Below, in pieces: positions 52,009 through 64,000 of a stretch of DNA of 64,000 bases; the stretch's first letter is position 1; every line of letters begins with the position of its first letter. The position numbers and the translations under genes are program-made. The notes beneath the pieces were generated by a model. That model did no database searches and was not told the origin of the DNA. It worked only from the letters and a program-made list of their open reading frames with translations. Source of the DNA: an uncultured delta proteobacterium (GTDB taxonomy: Bacteria > Myxococcota > UBA727 > VGSZ01); NCBI GenBank assembly GCA_963775425.1, contig CAVZJB010000011.1, positions 160,001-224,000 of the forward strand. The letters are read 5' to 3'.

Positions 52009-52589
52009 CCATCGTCATCGAGCAGACCGCGCGCGGCGAGCGCGCGTACGACATCTGGTCGCGCCTGTTGAAGGACCGCATCGTCTTTCTGGGGACGCCC
52101 ATCAACGACGACGTCGCCAACCTCATCGTCGCTCAGCTCCTCTACCTCGAGGCCGAGGACGCCGAAAAAGACGTCATCATGTACCTGAACTCGCCCGGCG
52201 GCGTGGTGACGGCGGGCTTGGCGATCTACGACGCCATGCAATACATCCGCTGCGACGTGCAGACCGTGTGCGTCGGCCAGTGCGCCTCCATGGGCGCGGT
52301 GCTGCTCACGGCGGGCACCAAGGGCAAGCGGCAGATCCTCCCCAACAGCCGCGTGATGATCCACCAGCCGCACGGCGGCGCCGGCGGCACCTCCGCGGAC
52401 ATCGAGATCCAGGCGCGCGAGATCATGAAGCTGCGCGGCCAGCTCAACGAGATCATCGCCACGTCGACGGGCAAGCCCCTCACCCAGGTGGAGAAGGACA
52501 CGGACCGCGACCTCTACATGAGCGCGGAGGAGGCCATCGCCTACGGCCTCGTCGACCGCATCGTCGAGCGCAACGTCGAACGAAAGTAG
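52005..52589 (+). CDS. clpP: Clp protease proteolytic subunit (copy 2)
   Basis: Same motifs with catalytic S/H/D intact; ATGA overlap with copy 1. Confidence 0.96.
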   Translation: MTIVIEQTARGERAYDIWSRLLKDRIVFLGTPINDDVANLIVAQLLYLEAEDAEKDVIMYLNSPGGVVTAGLAIYDAMQYIRCDVQTVCVGQCASMGAVLLTAGTKGKRQILPNSRVMIHQPHGGAGGTSADIEIQAREIMKLRGQLNEIIATSTGKPLTQVEKDTDRDLYMSAEEAIAYGLVDRIVERNVERK

Positions 52590-52659
52590 CGTCGTCGTTC
52601 CGTTTCACGTGTGGCGTGCGCGGGCTCCCAGGGGCGCGCGGCCTACTTCGTCCGACGGA

Positions 52660-53004
52660 TGTGAGCGGTGGTTCGACGCGGCCAAAGACTTCGGCGTCGT
52701 CACGGGGTACCGCGGGGGCACCGAGGTGCGCGCGGAGCACAAGACCAACCGCGACACGGTGGCCCTGGTGCTCGCGCGCATCTACGACCTGCCGGCGAGC
52801 AACGTCGACGCCTTCAGCGACGACGACGGCACCAGCATGGAGCCCTGGCACGACAAGGTCGCGGCGGCGGGGCTGTTCACGGGCTACGACGACGGCCACG
52901 GCTGCCGCGAGTTCCGCGGCAGCCACGACGCCACCCGCGACCTGATCGCCATCATGGCCAGGCGCGCCGCCGATCGCGGCCTCACCCCGAAGTGGGCGCA
53001 GTAG
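52660..53004 (+). pseudogene. S-layer-homology (SLH)-like fragment lacking a clear start
   Basis: GVVTGY...TNRDTVALVLAR; FSDDDG...AAAGLFTGYDDG...ATRDLIAIM. Confidence 0.55.
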
Positions 53005-53063
53005 CCGATCACGCGCGGGCCTCTTCTCCGTAAGAGAACGTGGGGGGAAGGAGAGCCCGCGAC

Positions 53064-53375
53064 ATGTCGGAGACTATGGGACCTGTGCCGTTCGCCGAGA
53101 TCTACGTCGACGGACAGCGGTCGAGCGCCCAGATCGGCGACCGGTTCATCTATGACCAGAAGAGCGGGACGCTGCTCATCCACAGGGACAGCGCGGACAT
53201 CCACTTCGTCAGCGGCGGCAAGCTCTCCGCGCGTTGCTTCGTCGGCCGCGACTGGTCGAGGAACCTCACGCAGGCGTCGGCGGAGCTGTACGCGCGCCTC
53301 GGCGGACACAAGGGCAAGGTCGCCTACATCGAGGGCTCGTTCCCGACGCTGATGACGTTCGAGGTCACCGGCTGA
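53064..53375 (+). CDS. Hypothetical protein
   Basis: AAGGAG RBS before ATG; high GC3. Confidence 0.55.
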   Translation: MSETMGPVPFAEIYVDGQRSSAQIGDRFIYDQKSGTLLIHRDSADIHFVSGGKLSARCFVGRDWSRNLTQASAELYARLGGHKGKVAYIEGSFPTLMTFEVTG

Positions 53376-53495
53376 TCGGCGCGCTCCCTCCGCGCTGAAG
53401 AGCCGGCAGAAAATCTGAGCCTGACGACCGCGCCCGCGAACCGATTGCCGGCGACCGATCGCCGATGAGCTGCACCCCTTGAGTCAGCGCCGAGC

Positions 53496-55478
53496 TCAAC
53501 GGCAGATGGGGAACGTCAGCGCGGGGTCGGGGCCGAACGCGAAGTCCTGACACGTCTTGGGCGCGGTGCAGTCGTCGTCGGTGGCGCACAGGGCCGCGCA
53601 GGTGCCGGTGCCGGTGCCGTCGGGGTCGTCGCAGACGCCGCTCTTGCAGCCGGCGAAGGCGCCGTCGACGAGTCCACAGGGGGCGCCCTCGTCGCCGAAG
53701 GTGTCGTCGCTCGGCAGCGCGCACACCCCCGTGGCGGTGCCGTCGACGAGCGCGGTCACCGGGCGGCACACCTCGCCGGCGGTGGCGCAGTCGGCGTCGC
53801 GCGCGCACTCCGTGCGCGTCCCCGGGCGGTGCTCGCAGATGCCGGCGAACGCGAACGTGTCGTCGCTCGGGTCGTCCGGCGTGCCGTTGTCGTCGGTGGA
53901 CAGCGCGAAGCTGCCGCAGACGTCGTCGGCGCCGCAGTCGCCGTCGCCGGTGCAGGCCGCGGCGCAGCGGCCGTCGGCGGTGCACACGGCGCTGCGGCAC
54001 ACCGCCGCCGCGGGCGGGCGGCACGTGTGCGCGCCGACGTCGCAGGTGGCGCCGGCGAGGAGCGCGGTGCAGTCCGTGTCGTCGATGCAGGACGCGGGCG
54101 CGCCGGCGTCGTCGAGGAGCGGCAGCGCTACGAAGGGATCGCAGGCCTCGCCCTCGGCGAGCCCGCCGTCGGAGTCGACGCAGCGCGAGGTGACGGCGTG
54201 GTCGGCGTCGGCGAAGCGCGTGCATGTCTGCTCGCCGTCGGCGCCGGTGCCGTCGGGGCAGTCGGCCTCCGCCGCGCAGTGGGTCCCCTGAAAGCAGATG
54301 CCGAGCGTGTTGTCGTCGAGGGAGAGCCGGATGCACACGCCTCCCGTGCCGGCGCCGTTCGCGCAGTCGTCGTCGCTGGCGCACAGCGCCGAGCACGTGC
54401 CCTCGATGCACAGGTCGCTCTCGCACACCGCCGTGGGCTCGACCACGTCGTGGGTGGACGGCACGTCGCCGCAGGCGTCGAACAGCGCGCCGGCGCCGTC
54501 GTCGGGCGCGCGGCAGAAGCCGCCGAGGTTGGCGCCGGCGTCGTCGTGAAGCGCGCAGCGCTCCGTCGCGGCGCAGTCATTGTCGATGGCGCAGGAGTCG
54601 CCGGAGCCCGTGAAGGGTCGGCACAGACGAAGCACCGCGGGCACGTCGTCGGCGGGGTCGGCGTTGTTGTGGTCGGCGACGATGTCGATGCCCTCGCAGC
54701 GCATGCCGTCGGGGCAGTCCACGTCGTCGCCGCACGGGCTCGCGCACACGTCCTGATCCCAGCACACGAACGCGCCGCAGACGTCGCTGGCGGGCGGGGT
54801 GCAGACGCTGCCCGGGGTCTGCGGGTCGCCGTCGGCGTCGGCGCAGGCGTAGCCGGCGGGGCAATCGGTGTCCGCGCGGCACGGATCGCCGCGGTGCTTG
54901 AGCGCGGTGGCGTCGCAGGTGTCGCCGGCTCCGAGGGCGGCCACCGTCTTCGGGAAGCAGAAGCTCTCGAAGCCTCGGCCCGTGCCGACGATGGAGCAGG
55001 TCTGGTCTGCGCCGCAGTCGCCGTCGTTGTTGCATGCGCCGCCGGTGAGGCTCAGGCAGCCGTTGAACTGTTGGCCGAGGTTGTCGAAGCAGACGCCGCC
55101 GGCGTCGTCGGGCAGGGTGCAATCGGCGCTCGTGCTGCACGTCGGGAAGCACTGGCCGCCCTGGGCGGACAGGAGCAGGCAGCGCGAGGGGACGCCCAGC
55201 CCGTCGCAGTCGGCGTCGAGGCGGCAGTTCTTCGTGCAGATGTCGTTGAGGGTCGGGTTGCCGGCGAACAGATTGGTGCAGGTGCCGGTGGCGCAGTCGG
55301 CGCTCTGCGTACAGGCCGCGTAGGCCGCGAGGCCGTCGCCCTCGCCCTCTCCTTCCCCCTCGCCCTCGCCTTCGCCTTCGCCTTCCCCCTCGCCCGTGTT
55401 GTCACGGCCGGGGCAGCCCGCGAGCACCGCGATCAGGGTTGCGAGGAGGGGGACGGCGAAGGGATGGAGGGCGCGCAT
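53496..55478 (-). CDS. Cys-rich lipoprotein with short (EG)9 linker and CxxDxDC repeats
   Basis: VLAGC lipobox; GEGEG tract at 55338-55394; repeated C-x2-DxDC. Confidence 0.83.
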   Translation of the reverse strand: MRALHPFAVPLLATLIAVLAGCPGRDNTGEGEGEGEGEGEGEGEGEGDGLAAYAACTQSADCATGTCTNLFAGNPTLNDICTKNCRLDADCDGLGVPSRCLLLSAQGGQCFPTCSTSADCTLPDDAGGVCFDNLGQQFNGCLSLTGGACNNDGDCGADQTCSIVGTGRGFESFCFPKTVAALGAGDTCDATALKHRGDPCRADTDCPAGYACADADGDPQTPGSVCTPPASDVCGAFVCWDQDVCASPCGDDVDCPDGMRCEGIDIVADHNNADPADDVPAVLRLCRPFTGSGDSCAIDNDCAATERCALHDDAGANLGGFCRAPDDGAGALFDACGDVPSTHDVVEPTAVCESDLCIEGTCSALCASDDDCANGAGTGGVCIRLSLDDNTLGICFQGTHCAAEADCPDGTGADGEQTCTRFADADHAVTSRCVDSDGGLAEGEACDPFVALPLLDDAGAPASCIDDTDCTALLAGATCDVGAHTCRPPAAAVCRSAVCTADGRCAAACTGDGDCGADDVCGSFALSTDDNGTPDDPSDDTFAFAGICEHRPGTRTECARDADCATAGEVCRPVTALVDGTATGVCALPSDDTFGDEGAPCGLVDGAFAGCKSGVCDDPDGTGTGTCAALCATDDDCTAPKTCQDFAFGPDPALTFPICR

Positions 55479-55556
55479 TGGCGCATTGGACACCACACGG
55501 GCCCCGGACGGAAACCCCGGGCCCTGATCAGCGACCGGAGGGAGCGCCCGCGCGGA

Positions 55557-58031
55557 TCAAGCGCGGCCGGCGGGCGGGCGGGCGGGCAACGCCGCGACGA
55601 CGGCGTAGGCGACGGCACCGAGCAGCAACAGGCTGCGAAAGCCGAGCGCATAGCTCAGCGGCGACGACATCGCGGTGGCGACGGTGCCGGCGGCGGCGTT
55701 CACGCCGAGCGCCCACGGAATGAGGTGCGCGTGCTCCGGCGGAATGGCCGCGACGCCGCGCGGCAGGAGGTGGCCGAGGACGAGCGCGAGCGGCGCCGGC
55801 AGCGCGAAGGCGAGCGCGAAGCCGACGGCGCGCGGCGCGGCCATCGCGTGCGGGACGAGCGCGTCGAGGCCGGCGGCGTAGGCGAGGGCCAGCAGCGCGG
55901 CGAAGAGCGCGACGCCGCGCGCACCGACGCGGCCGGAGGCGAACGTGCGCTCGGACAGCAGACTGCCGAGCCCGGTGAACAACATGATCGACGACAGCAC
56001 GATGCCGAGCGCGTAGCCGGGGTGGCCGACGATCATGCGCAGCTTCTGGATGAGCCCCACCTCCAGCCACATGAAGCCCGCGCCGATCCCGGCGAAGTAG
56101 GCGAGGTGCACCCACGCCGCGCGCGGCAGGAACACGCCGGCGCGGCCCCTCCCGAGCGCGACGGGGGCGAGCACCACGGCGGCGGCCACGAGGAGCAGGA
56201 CCAGGGGAAACACCGCGCGCCGTCGCCACTGATCGAGCTGGTTGACGACGTGGCGGTTGAGCCCCGCCGGGCGATGAGACGACCAGAACCAGGAGTGCAG
56301 GAACGCGTCGCGCGGGACCACCGAGCGGAAATACGGCCAATCGTCGTTGGTGGGCTCGAGCGAGACGGCGCGCGGCAACAGGGCCGCCACCGCGGCGCCG
56401 GGCTCGGCGGCCGTGGCGGCGACGACGAACGGCTTGTTGGCTGCGGTGGGTGCGATGCCCGGCGCGTAGAACACCTTGTAGGGACCGCTCAACAGCGACG
56501 AGATGTGCTCGACGTCGGCGGCGGACACGCCGGCCGGCTTCACCATCAACACGCTGTGGTTCTCAGGGTCGTCCCACGTCCTCACGTCGCCGTCGCGGGC
56601 CACCACCGCGAAGCGCGCCGCCGGCGTGCTGTCGCCCCGCTCCGCAAACAGCTCGCGCAGCGTCAGCATCGCGCGCACCTTGTTGCCGTTCAGGATGGTG
56701 AGCTGTCCGCCGGGCGTGAGGTGGTCGAGGATGGAGGCGAACGCCTCCTTCGAATAGACGTGCTCGAACGACGCTGCGGCCGCGCCGGTGTAATAGGAAA
56801 TCGTGTGGCCCCACCACGAAATCAGCACACAATCGTATTTGCTGCGGTCGCGCGCGAGGAACGTGCGCGCCTCCGCGGCGACGAGCTTGCGGCCGGGCCG
56901 GGCGAGGTAGCGCGCGAGCTCCGAGCCGGGCTGGGACGTCGGCCAGCCGAACACCTGAGGCACGAGCTCGACGCCGACGATCTCGGACGGCCGACCGCCG
57001 AGGTCCGTGTCGATGTTGACCATGTCGAAGCCGGCGCCGGCGAGCAGGACGAGCACGCGCCCCGGCGCGCACGCTGCCGTGGCCAGCCGAGAGGCGATCT
57101 CCATCGGCTGCTCCGGCGGAAACACGGGGACGCGCGCGTGTCCCTCGCCGCGCCCGTGGACCATGATCGTGCGCGGGTGGGGATCGTCCGCCGTGTCGCG
57201 CAGCTCCATGGCGCCGATGCGCCCGTACGAGGTCCACGTGTGCCAGATCTCTCTCGCGTGCTGCCGCGCGTATTGGCCGCCGGGCAACGTGCGCGCCGCC
57301 GACGCGGGGTGGGGCGGCGGGTCGAACCAGTCGTGGAGCGGGCTCAGCGCCACGACCAGCGCGACCGCCCCGAGCGCCGCCGCGCCCGCCGCCGCCCGCG
57401 GCCTCCGCGCGGCCATGAGGAGGCACGCGGCCGACGCGAGGGGCGCCGCCACGGCCGCGCCGAACGGCGGAGCGAACCCGCCTGTCTCGAGGAGCGCGAT
57501 CGCGCCGAGCGCGCCGAGGCTGCCCCCGCCCAGGTCGGCCGCGTACAGGCGGTTGACGCGCCCCTCGCCGCAGTCGCGGAAGAGCACGGCGATGGCCCCG
57601 CCGTACAAGCCGTAGCTGAACGCCATGGCCGCCCCGAGGACATAGAGCGCGTGCGCCTGCTGGCGGACCGTGATCTCGATGAACGCGTCGAGGGTGGAGT
57701 CGCCGAGCACCTTGCTGACGAGCTCGTTTTCTCCGGCCTTGAGCACGCGCGCGAGCGCGAAGAGCCCGAGGGTGGTCACCGCGGCGCAGCCCGTGAAGAG
57801 CGCCGCCAGGCTGCACGCGCGGGAGGCCGTGGCGCCCCGACTCGACCGGGGCCGGCTCAAGAGGGATCCCGCGGCGCCGACGCCGAGGACGGCCAGCGCG
57901 ATGGTGATGGCGACGTCGCCGTTGCCCACGGCGTAGCCGATGACGCGCGTGGCCGTGACCTCGAGCAGCACCAGGCCGAAGGCGGCGAGGAACATGCCCG
58001 TCGAGATCCAACCGCGCGACGCCTGCTCCAC
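55557..58031 (-). CDS. Membrane protein fused to a spermidine-synthase-like SAM-binding domain
   Basis: Many TMs; RLYAADLGG; [11 protein letters not shown]; GVELVP; EARTFL..KYD; YSKEAF...HLTPGG; [14 protein letters not shown]; WALGVN. Confidence 0.82.
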   Translation of the reverse strand: MEQASRGWISTGMFLAAFGLVLLEVTATRVIGYAVGNGDVAITIALAVLGVGAAGSLLSRPRSSRGATASRACSLAALFTGCAAVTTLGLFALARVLKAGENELVSKVLGDSTLDAFIEITVRQQAHALYVLGAAMAFSYGLYGGAIAVLFRDCGEGRVNRLYAADLGGGSLGALGAIALLETGGFAPPFGAAVAAPLASAACLLMAARRPRAAAGAAALGAVALVVALSPLHDWFDPPPHPASAARTLPGGQYARQHAREIWHTWTSYGRIGAMELRDTADDPHPRTIMVHGRGEGHARVPVFPPEQPMEIASRLATAACAPGRVLVLLAGAGFDMVNIDTDLGGRPSEIVGVELVPQVFGWPTSQPGSELARYLARPGRKLVAAEARTFLARDRSKYDCVLISWWGHTISYYTGAAAASFEHVYSKEAFASILDHLTPGGQLTILNGNKVRAMLTLRELFAERGDSTPAARFAVVARDGDVRTWDDPENHSVLMVKPAGVSAADVEHISSLLSGPYKVFYAPGIAPTAANKPFVVAATAAEPGAAVAALLPRAVSLEPTNDDWPYFRSVVPRDAFLHSWFWSSHRPAGLNRHVVNQLDQWRRRAVFPLVLLLVAAAVVLAPVALGRGRAGVFLPRAAWVHLAYFAGIGAGFMWLEVGLIQKLRMIVGHPGYALGIVLSSIMLFTGLGSLLSERTFASGRVGARGVALFAALLALAYAAGLDALVPHAMAAPRAVGFALAFALPAPLALVLGHLLPRGVAAIPPEHAHLIPWALGVNAAAGTVATAMSSPLSYALGFRSLLLLGAVAYAVVAALPARPPAGRA

Positions 58032-58128
58032 GGGCGGTCCTTTGCATGACCCGGCGGGAAGCTCAACGACGCCGCCCGCGGGCGGACACGAGGTGGCGCC
58101 GGGCGCGGCGGCCGGCTATAGCCACGGG

Positions 58129-59448
<1,320 letters not shown>

Positions 59449-59490
59449 GCGCTCGCGCGCGGGTGCGCGGTGCCCTGAGCGTTCCGTGCT

Positions 59491-60477
59491 CTATGGCTTC
59501 GGGGCGGGGGCCGCCTCGGCCTCGGCGCTCCCGCTGACCAGGCGCTCCGAGAGGGTCCACACCTGCTCGGCGAGCGCCTCGTCGCCGGCGTCGGCGCTGG
59601 TCCCGCTCTGGTTGCAGTTGGCGAGGTAGATGCCCCGGTGCTCTTCGAGCCCGGGCGCGACGGCGGCGAGCACGGAGGTGGCCGCGCCCTGCGCCTCGCT
59701 CTTGAGCAACGGCCGCGCCGCCCGCCACAGGACCCCGAGGACGCCGAGGTGGCGCACGAGGTTGGTGGCGATGACACCGGGGTGCAGCGCGAACGCCGAC
59801 TGCCCGGCGGGCATGCGCTTCGCGAGCGCGCGAGCGAACAGGATGTTGGCGAGCTTGCTGTCGCCGTACGCGGTGAACGGGGCGTACTTGCGCTTGTCGT
59901 AGCGCTTGTCGTCGCCCAGCGTGGCGAGCACGCCGGCGCCGCTGCCGCGCGTGTGCGCGGAGCTGGCGACGACGACGACGCGCGCGCTGCTCGCGAGTGA
60001 CGGCCGCAACAGGGACGCGAGCAGGAAGTGCCCGAGGTGGTTGGTGCCCATCTGCAGCTCGAAGCCCTGCTTGGTGAACGACAGCGGGCTCGCCATCACG
60101 CCCGCGTTGCACAGGAGCACGTCGATCCCGGCCGCGTCGCCGGCGCCGAGCGCGCCGGCGCACGCACGCACGGATGCGAAGTCGGCGAGGTCGAGCGCCG
60201 TGACGTCGAGCGCGCCGCCCGCGCCGCCGAGGCCGGCGCGGATCGCACCGGCGGCGCGCTCGCCCGCCGCGACGTCGCGAACCGCGAGGACGACGTCGGC
60301 GCCGGCGCCGGCGAGGGCGCGGACGGTCTCCACGCCGATCCCCGACGAGGCCCCGGTGACGACGATGCGCTTGCCGGCGAGGAGCGCGCGGGGGTCGACG
60401 CCGGCGGCGCGCGCGACGCCGTCGACGACGTCCTGGGCGGTGCTGCGCTTGCCGAAGCCCGTGGGTGCGAGGGTCAT
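59491..60477 (-). CDS. Short-chain dehydrogenase (retinol-DH/WWOX-like)
   Basis: [26 protein letters not shown]. Confidence 0.93.
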   Translation of the reverse strand: MTLAPTGFGKRSTAQDVVDGVARAAGVDPRALLAGKRIVVTGASSGIGVETVRALAGAGADVVLAVRDVAAGERAAGAIRAGLGGAGGALDVTALDLADFASVRACAGALGAGDAAGIDVLLCNAGVMASPLSFTKQGFELQMGTNHLGHFLLASLLRPSLASSARVVVVASSAHTRGSGAGVLATLGDDKRYDKRKYAPFTAYGDSKLANILFARALAKRMPAGQSAFALHPGVIATNLVRHLGVLGVLWRAARPLLKSEAQGAATSVLAAVAPGLEEHRGIYLANCNQSGTSADAGDEALAEQVWTLSERLVSGSAEAEAAPAPKP

Positions 60478-60532
60478 GCGCCCGCTTAACACCGCGCGCG
60501 CCTGGGCGCGCGGGGTCCGCGAAGGGAGCGGA

Positions 60533-61306
60533 TCACTCGACCTCGAAGCTCTCGAGCGTCACGAGCAGCGGGTAGCCGCGGCCGCGCATCTCGTCGAGCA
60601 CGCGGTTCGCCGAGGCCAACGCCTCCGCGCGCGGCAGGCTCGCGACGATCGAGGCGCCGACGGTGTGCACCTCGAGCATGCGCGCGACGGCCTCGTCGCG
60701 GTGCAGGCCGAACGCCTCCTCGAGGAGCTCCACGACCACCTCCTGCGGGGTGAAGTCGTCGTTGTGCAAGACGAGCTCGAGGACATCCCCGCGCGGGCCG
60801 CCCGTGATCCGGGGGTGCGCGAGCACGCCGTGAGACAGGAACGTGGCGAGCCGCCCGCGCGTCAGCCCGGCGCCGGCGAGCAACCCCTCGACGCGTTGAT
60901 CGAGGCGCAGCAACGCGTACAGGACGTCGCCGGAGCGCACCTCGGAGCGCCCGGCGCCGAGGGCCGAGAGCTTGGCGACGCGCACGGCCCGCCCCGCCTG
61001 GGGAGAGCCCCCGCGCATGACGTCGCGCACCGGCCCGCGGTTCGCGGCGCCGTCGTTCGCGGCCTCGACGGCGTCGAAGAACGAGGCGAGCTCCGTGGCT
61101 TCGGCGAGGGCGTCGAGGACGCCGCCGCCGCGGTCGACGTGCCGGACGACGTCCTGGGCGTCGTCGGACCAGGCGGCGCCGCGCAGTTGCTCTTCCAGGG
61201 TCTCCGGGCCGCGCGCGAGCCCGAGGACGCCGAGGGCGCGCCGCCACCAAGGGAGCTTGGCGGGGCGCGCGAGCGGCGCGGCGGGAGAGGCGGGCTGCTC
61301 GGCCAT
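60533..61306 (-). CDS. clpS: ClpS adaptor domain fused to a Clp N-domain-like region
   Basis: LVLHNDDFTPQEVVV...MLEVHTVG...GYPL; upstream GRSEVRSGDVLYALL...LLAGAGLTR. Confidence 0.8.
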   Translation of the reverse strand: MAEQPASPAAPLARPAKLPWWRRALGVLGLARGPETLEEQLRGAAWSDDAQDVVRHVDRGGGVLDALAEATELASFFDAVEAANDGAANRGPVRDVMRGGSPQAGRAVRVAKLSALGAGRSEVRSGDVLYALLRLDQRVEGLLAGAGLTRGRLATFLSHGVLAHPRITGGPRGDVLELVLHNDDFTPQEVVVELLEEAFGLHRDEAVARMLEVHTVGASIVASLPRAEALASANRVLDEMRGRGYPLLVTLESFEVE

Positions 61307-61348
61307 CTCGAAGGACAGCTTACCGAGCGCGGCGCCGACCTGCCGACG

Positions 61349-61666
61349 TCAGCGGCGGTGTTTCCAGGCGCCGTAGCCGTGCCCGCGCGGGGTGTGGCAG
61401 TGCTTCTTCTTGCCGTGCTCGACGTACACGACGCGGTCCCGCGGCCGGGGCGCTTCCTCGACGACCACGACCTGGCGCGGGGCCCGGCGCTCCACCACCA
61501 CCGGTGGCGGGGTACGTCCGAGCGTCACCACCACGCCGCCCACCTCCACCGTGAGCGGCGGGATGCCGACGGTGGCGGTGACGACGGGCTCATGGGCCTG
61601 TGACGGGGCGGCGGCGAGTCCGGCGACGACGAGCACCGCCGGAGCGAGCAGGATCGCGTTGTTCAT
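61349..61666 (-). CDS. Small secreted hypothetical protein
   Basis: Signal peptide (SQA); PPPVVVE repeats; His/Lys-rich tail. Confidence 0.65.
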   Translation of the reverse strand: MNNAILLAPAVLVVAGLAAAPSQAHEPVVTATVGIPPLTVEVGGVVVTLGRTPPPVVVERRAPRQVVVVEEAPRPRDRVVYVEHGKKKHCHTPRGHGYGAWKHRR

Positions 61667-61845
61667 GGCCGACAGACGGAGGCCGGATCCGGGCTATTCA
61701 CGCGCATGTACGACAGTGCGCCATCCGACAGCGTGCGCGCCGGGAACGGGTGATCCGTCCGTCACGCTTGCGCGGACGGGGACACGTGGCGATCATGCTC
61801 GCCAGGATCCGACCTCCGCGGTACGTCCTCGGGGGCAGGAGAAGC

Positions 61846-64000
<2,155 letters not shown>

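Overview
Very GC-rich bacterial chromosomal window with about 50 genes. Gene content looks Myxococcota/deltaproteobacteria-like (inference): four Hanks-type Ser/Thr kinases, an FHA-sigma54 activator, Cys-rich lipoproteins and PEGA proteins. Most long Arg/Pro/Ala-rich ORFs in the supplied track are shadow frames. Highlights: (1) a divergent locus encoding an FeS/FAD/cytochrome-b-like membrane oxidoreductase, two giant multiheme cytochromes (30 and 29 CxxCH, counted by eye) and a probable beta-barrel, i.e. a candidate cytoplasm-to-surface electron conduit with a sigma54-like promoter. (2) A DUF692 (MNIO) enzyme with a fused C-terminal domain, directly downstream of a 306-aa Tat-signal protein with a C-terminal GCG...CGMGH motif, i.e. 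a candidate protein-modifying system with no short precursor peptide. (3) Five lipoproteins with (Glu-Gly)n stalks and different heads. (4) A ~1 kb intergenic mosaic array of palindromic modules. (5) A glyoxalase gene whose middle segment is inverted. (6) A shared palindrome upstream of rubrerythrin and a Fur/PerR gene. (7) Frequent TAnnnT-N6-start leaderless architecture. (8) An expanded clpP-clpP...clpX...ClpN-ClpS...lon region. No rRNA, tRNA, CRISPR array, integrase or transposase was recognised. All calls come from reading the sequence; no searches were run.
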